Source: Podarcis liolepis (Eukaryota). Taken from it: 64,000 nt of DNA. Within the stretch, counting starts at the first letter, position 1; every line of letters begins with the position of its first letter. The notes below the pieces were generated by a model. That model was not told the origin of the DNA. It made no database searches and saw nothing but the letters and a program-made list of their open reading frames with translations. The DNA lies in NCBI GenBank assembly GCA_965112155.1, contig OZ218098.1; one strand, given 5' to 3'. Position numbers and translations under genes: made by a program. Positions 63,986 through 64,000 of this stretch are shown here, piece by piece.

Positions 63986-64000
63986 CCAGCAGGGTTCTCC

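Noticed and set aside
60276-64000. Pax6 lens/ectoderm enhancer and PAUPAR
   Set aside because: No recognisable match in the window; they probably lie beyond the right edge.

Overview
Vertebrate genomic DNA, most likely a lacertid lizard (inferred from the squamate SINE content). The window holds the complete PAX6 gene on the minus strand. I placed the P0 and P1 promoters, non-coding exons 0-3 and coding exons 4-13. The coding exons (10+131+216+166+159+83+151+116+151+86 = 1269 nt) give a 422-aa paired/homeodomain protein. Exon 5a is predicted inside an N block. The last coding exon of ELP4 (619-750, plus strand) lies tail-to-tail with PAX6. The 3-26 kb portion carries SINEs, Tc1/mariner-type MITEs and a nested L2/LTR/MITE stack. 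From about 29.3 kb to the end the DNA is CpG-rich, nearly free of classical transposons and full of conserved-looking elements. This is a well-studied locus and I see no new multi-gene system. The most interesting signals are: (1) a frameshifted relic of the fish Pax6 N-terminal extension (MPQKE..RATW) in the 5'UTR; (2) a likely PAX6 distal poly(A) element about 16 kb past the stop, beside ELP4; (3) six 148-195 bp N blocks, at least three on recognisable highly conserved PAX6 sequence, which suggests masking rather than true gaps; (4) a wild-type Ala at residue 391, where human T391A has been reported in optic-nerve disease. All human, mouse and zebrafish comparisons are from memory and need checking by alignment.
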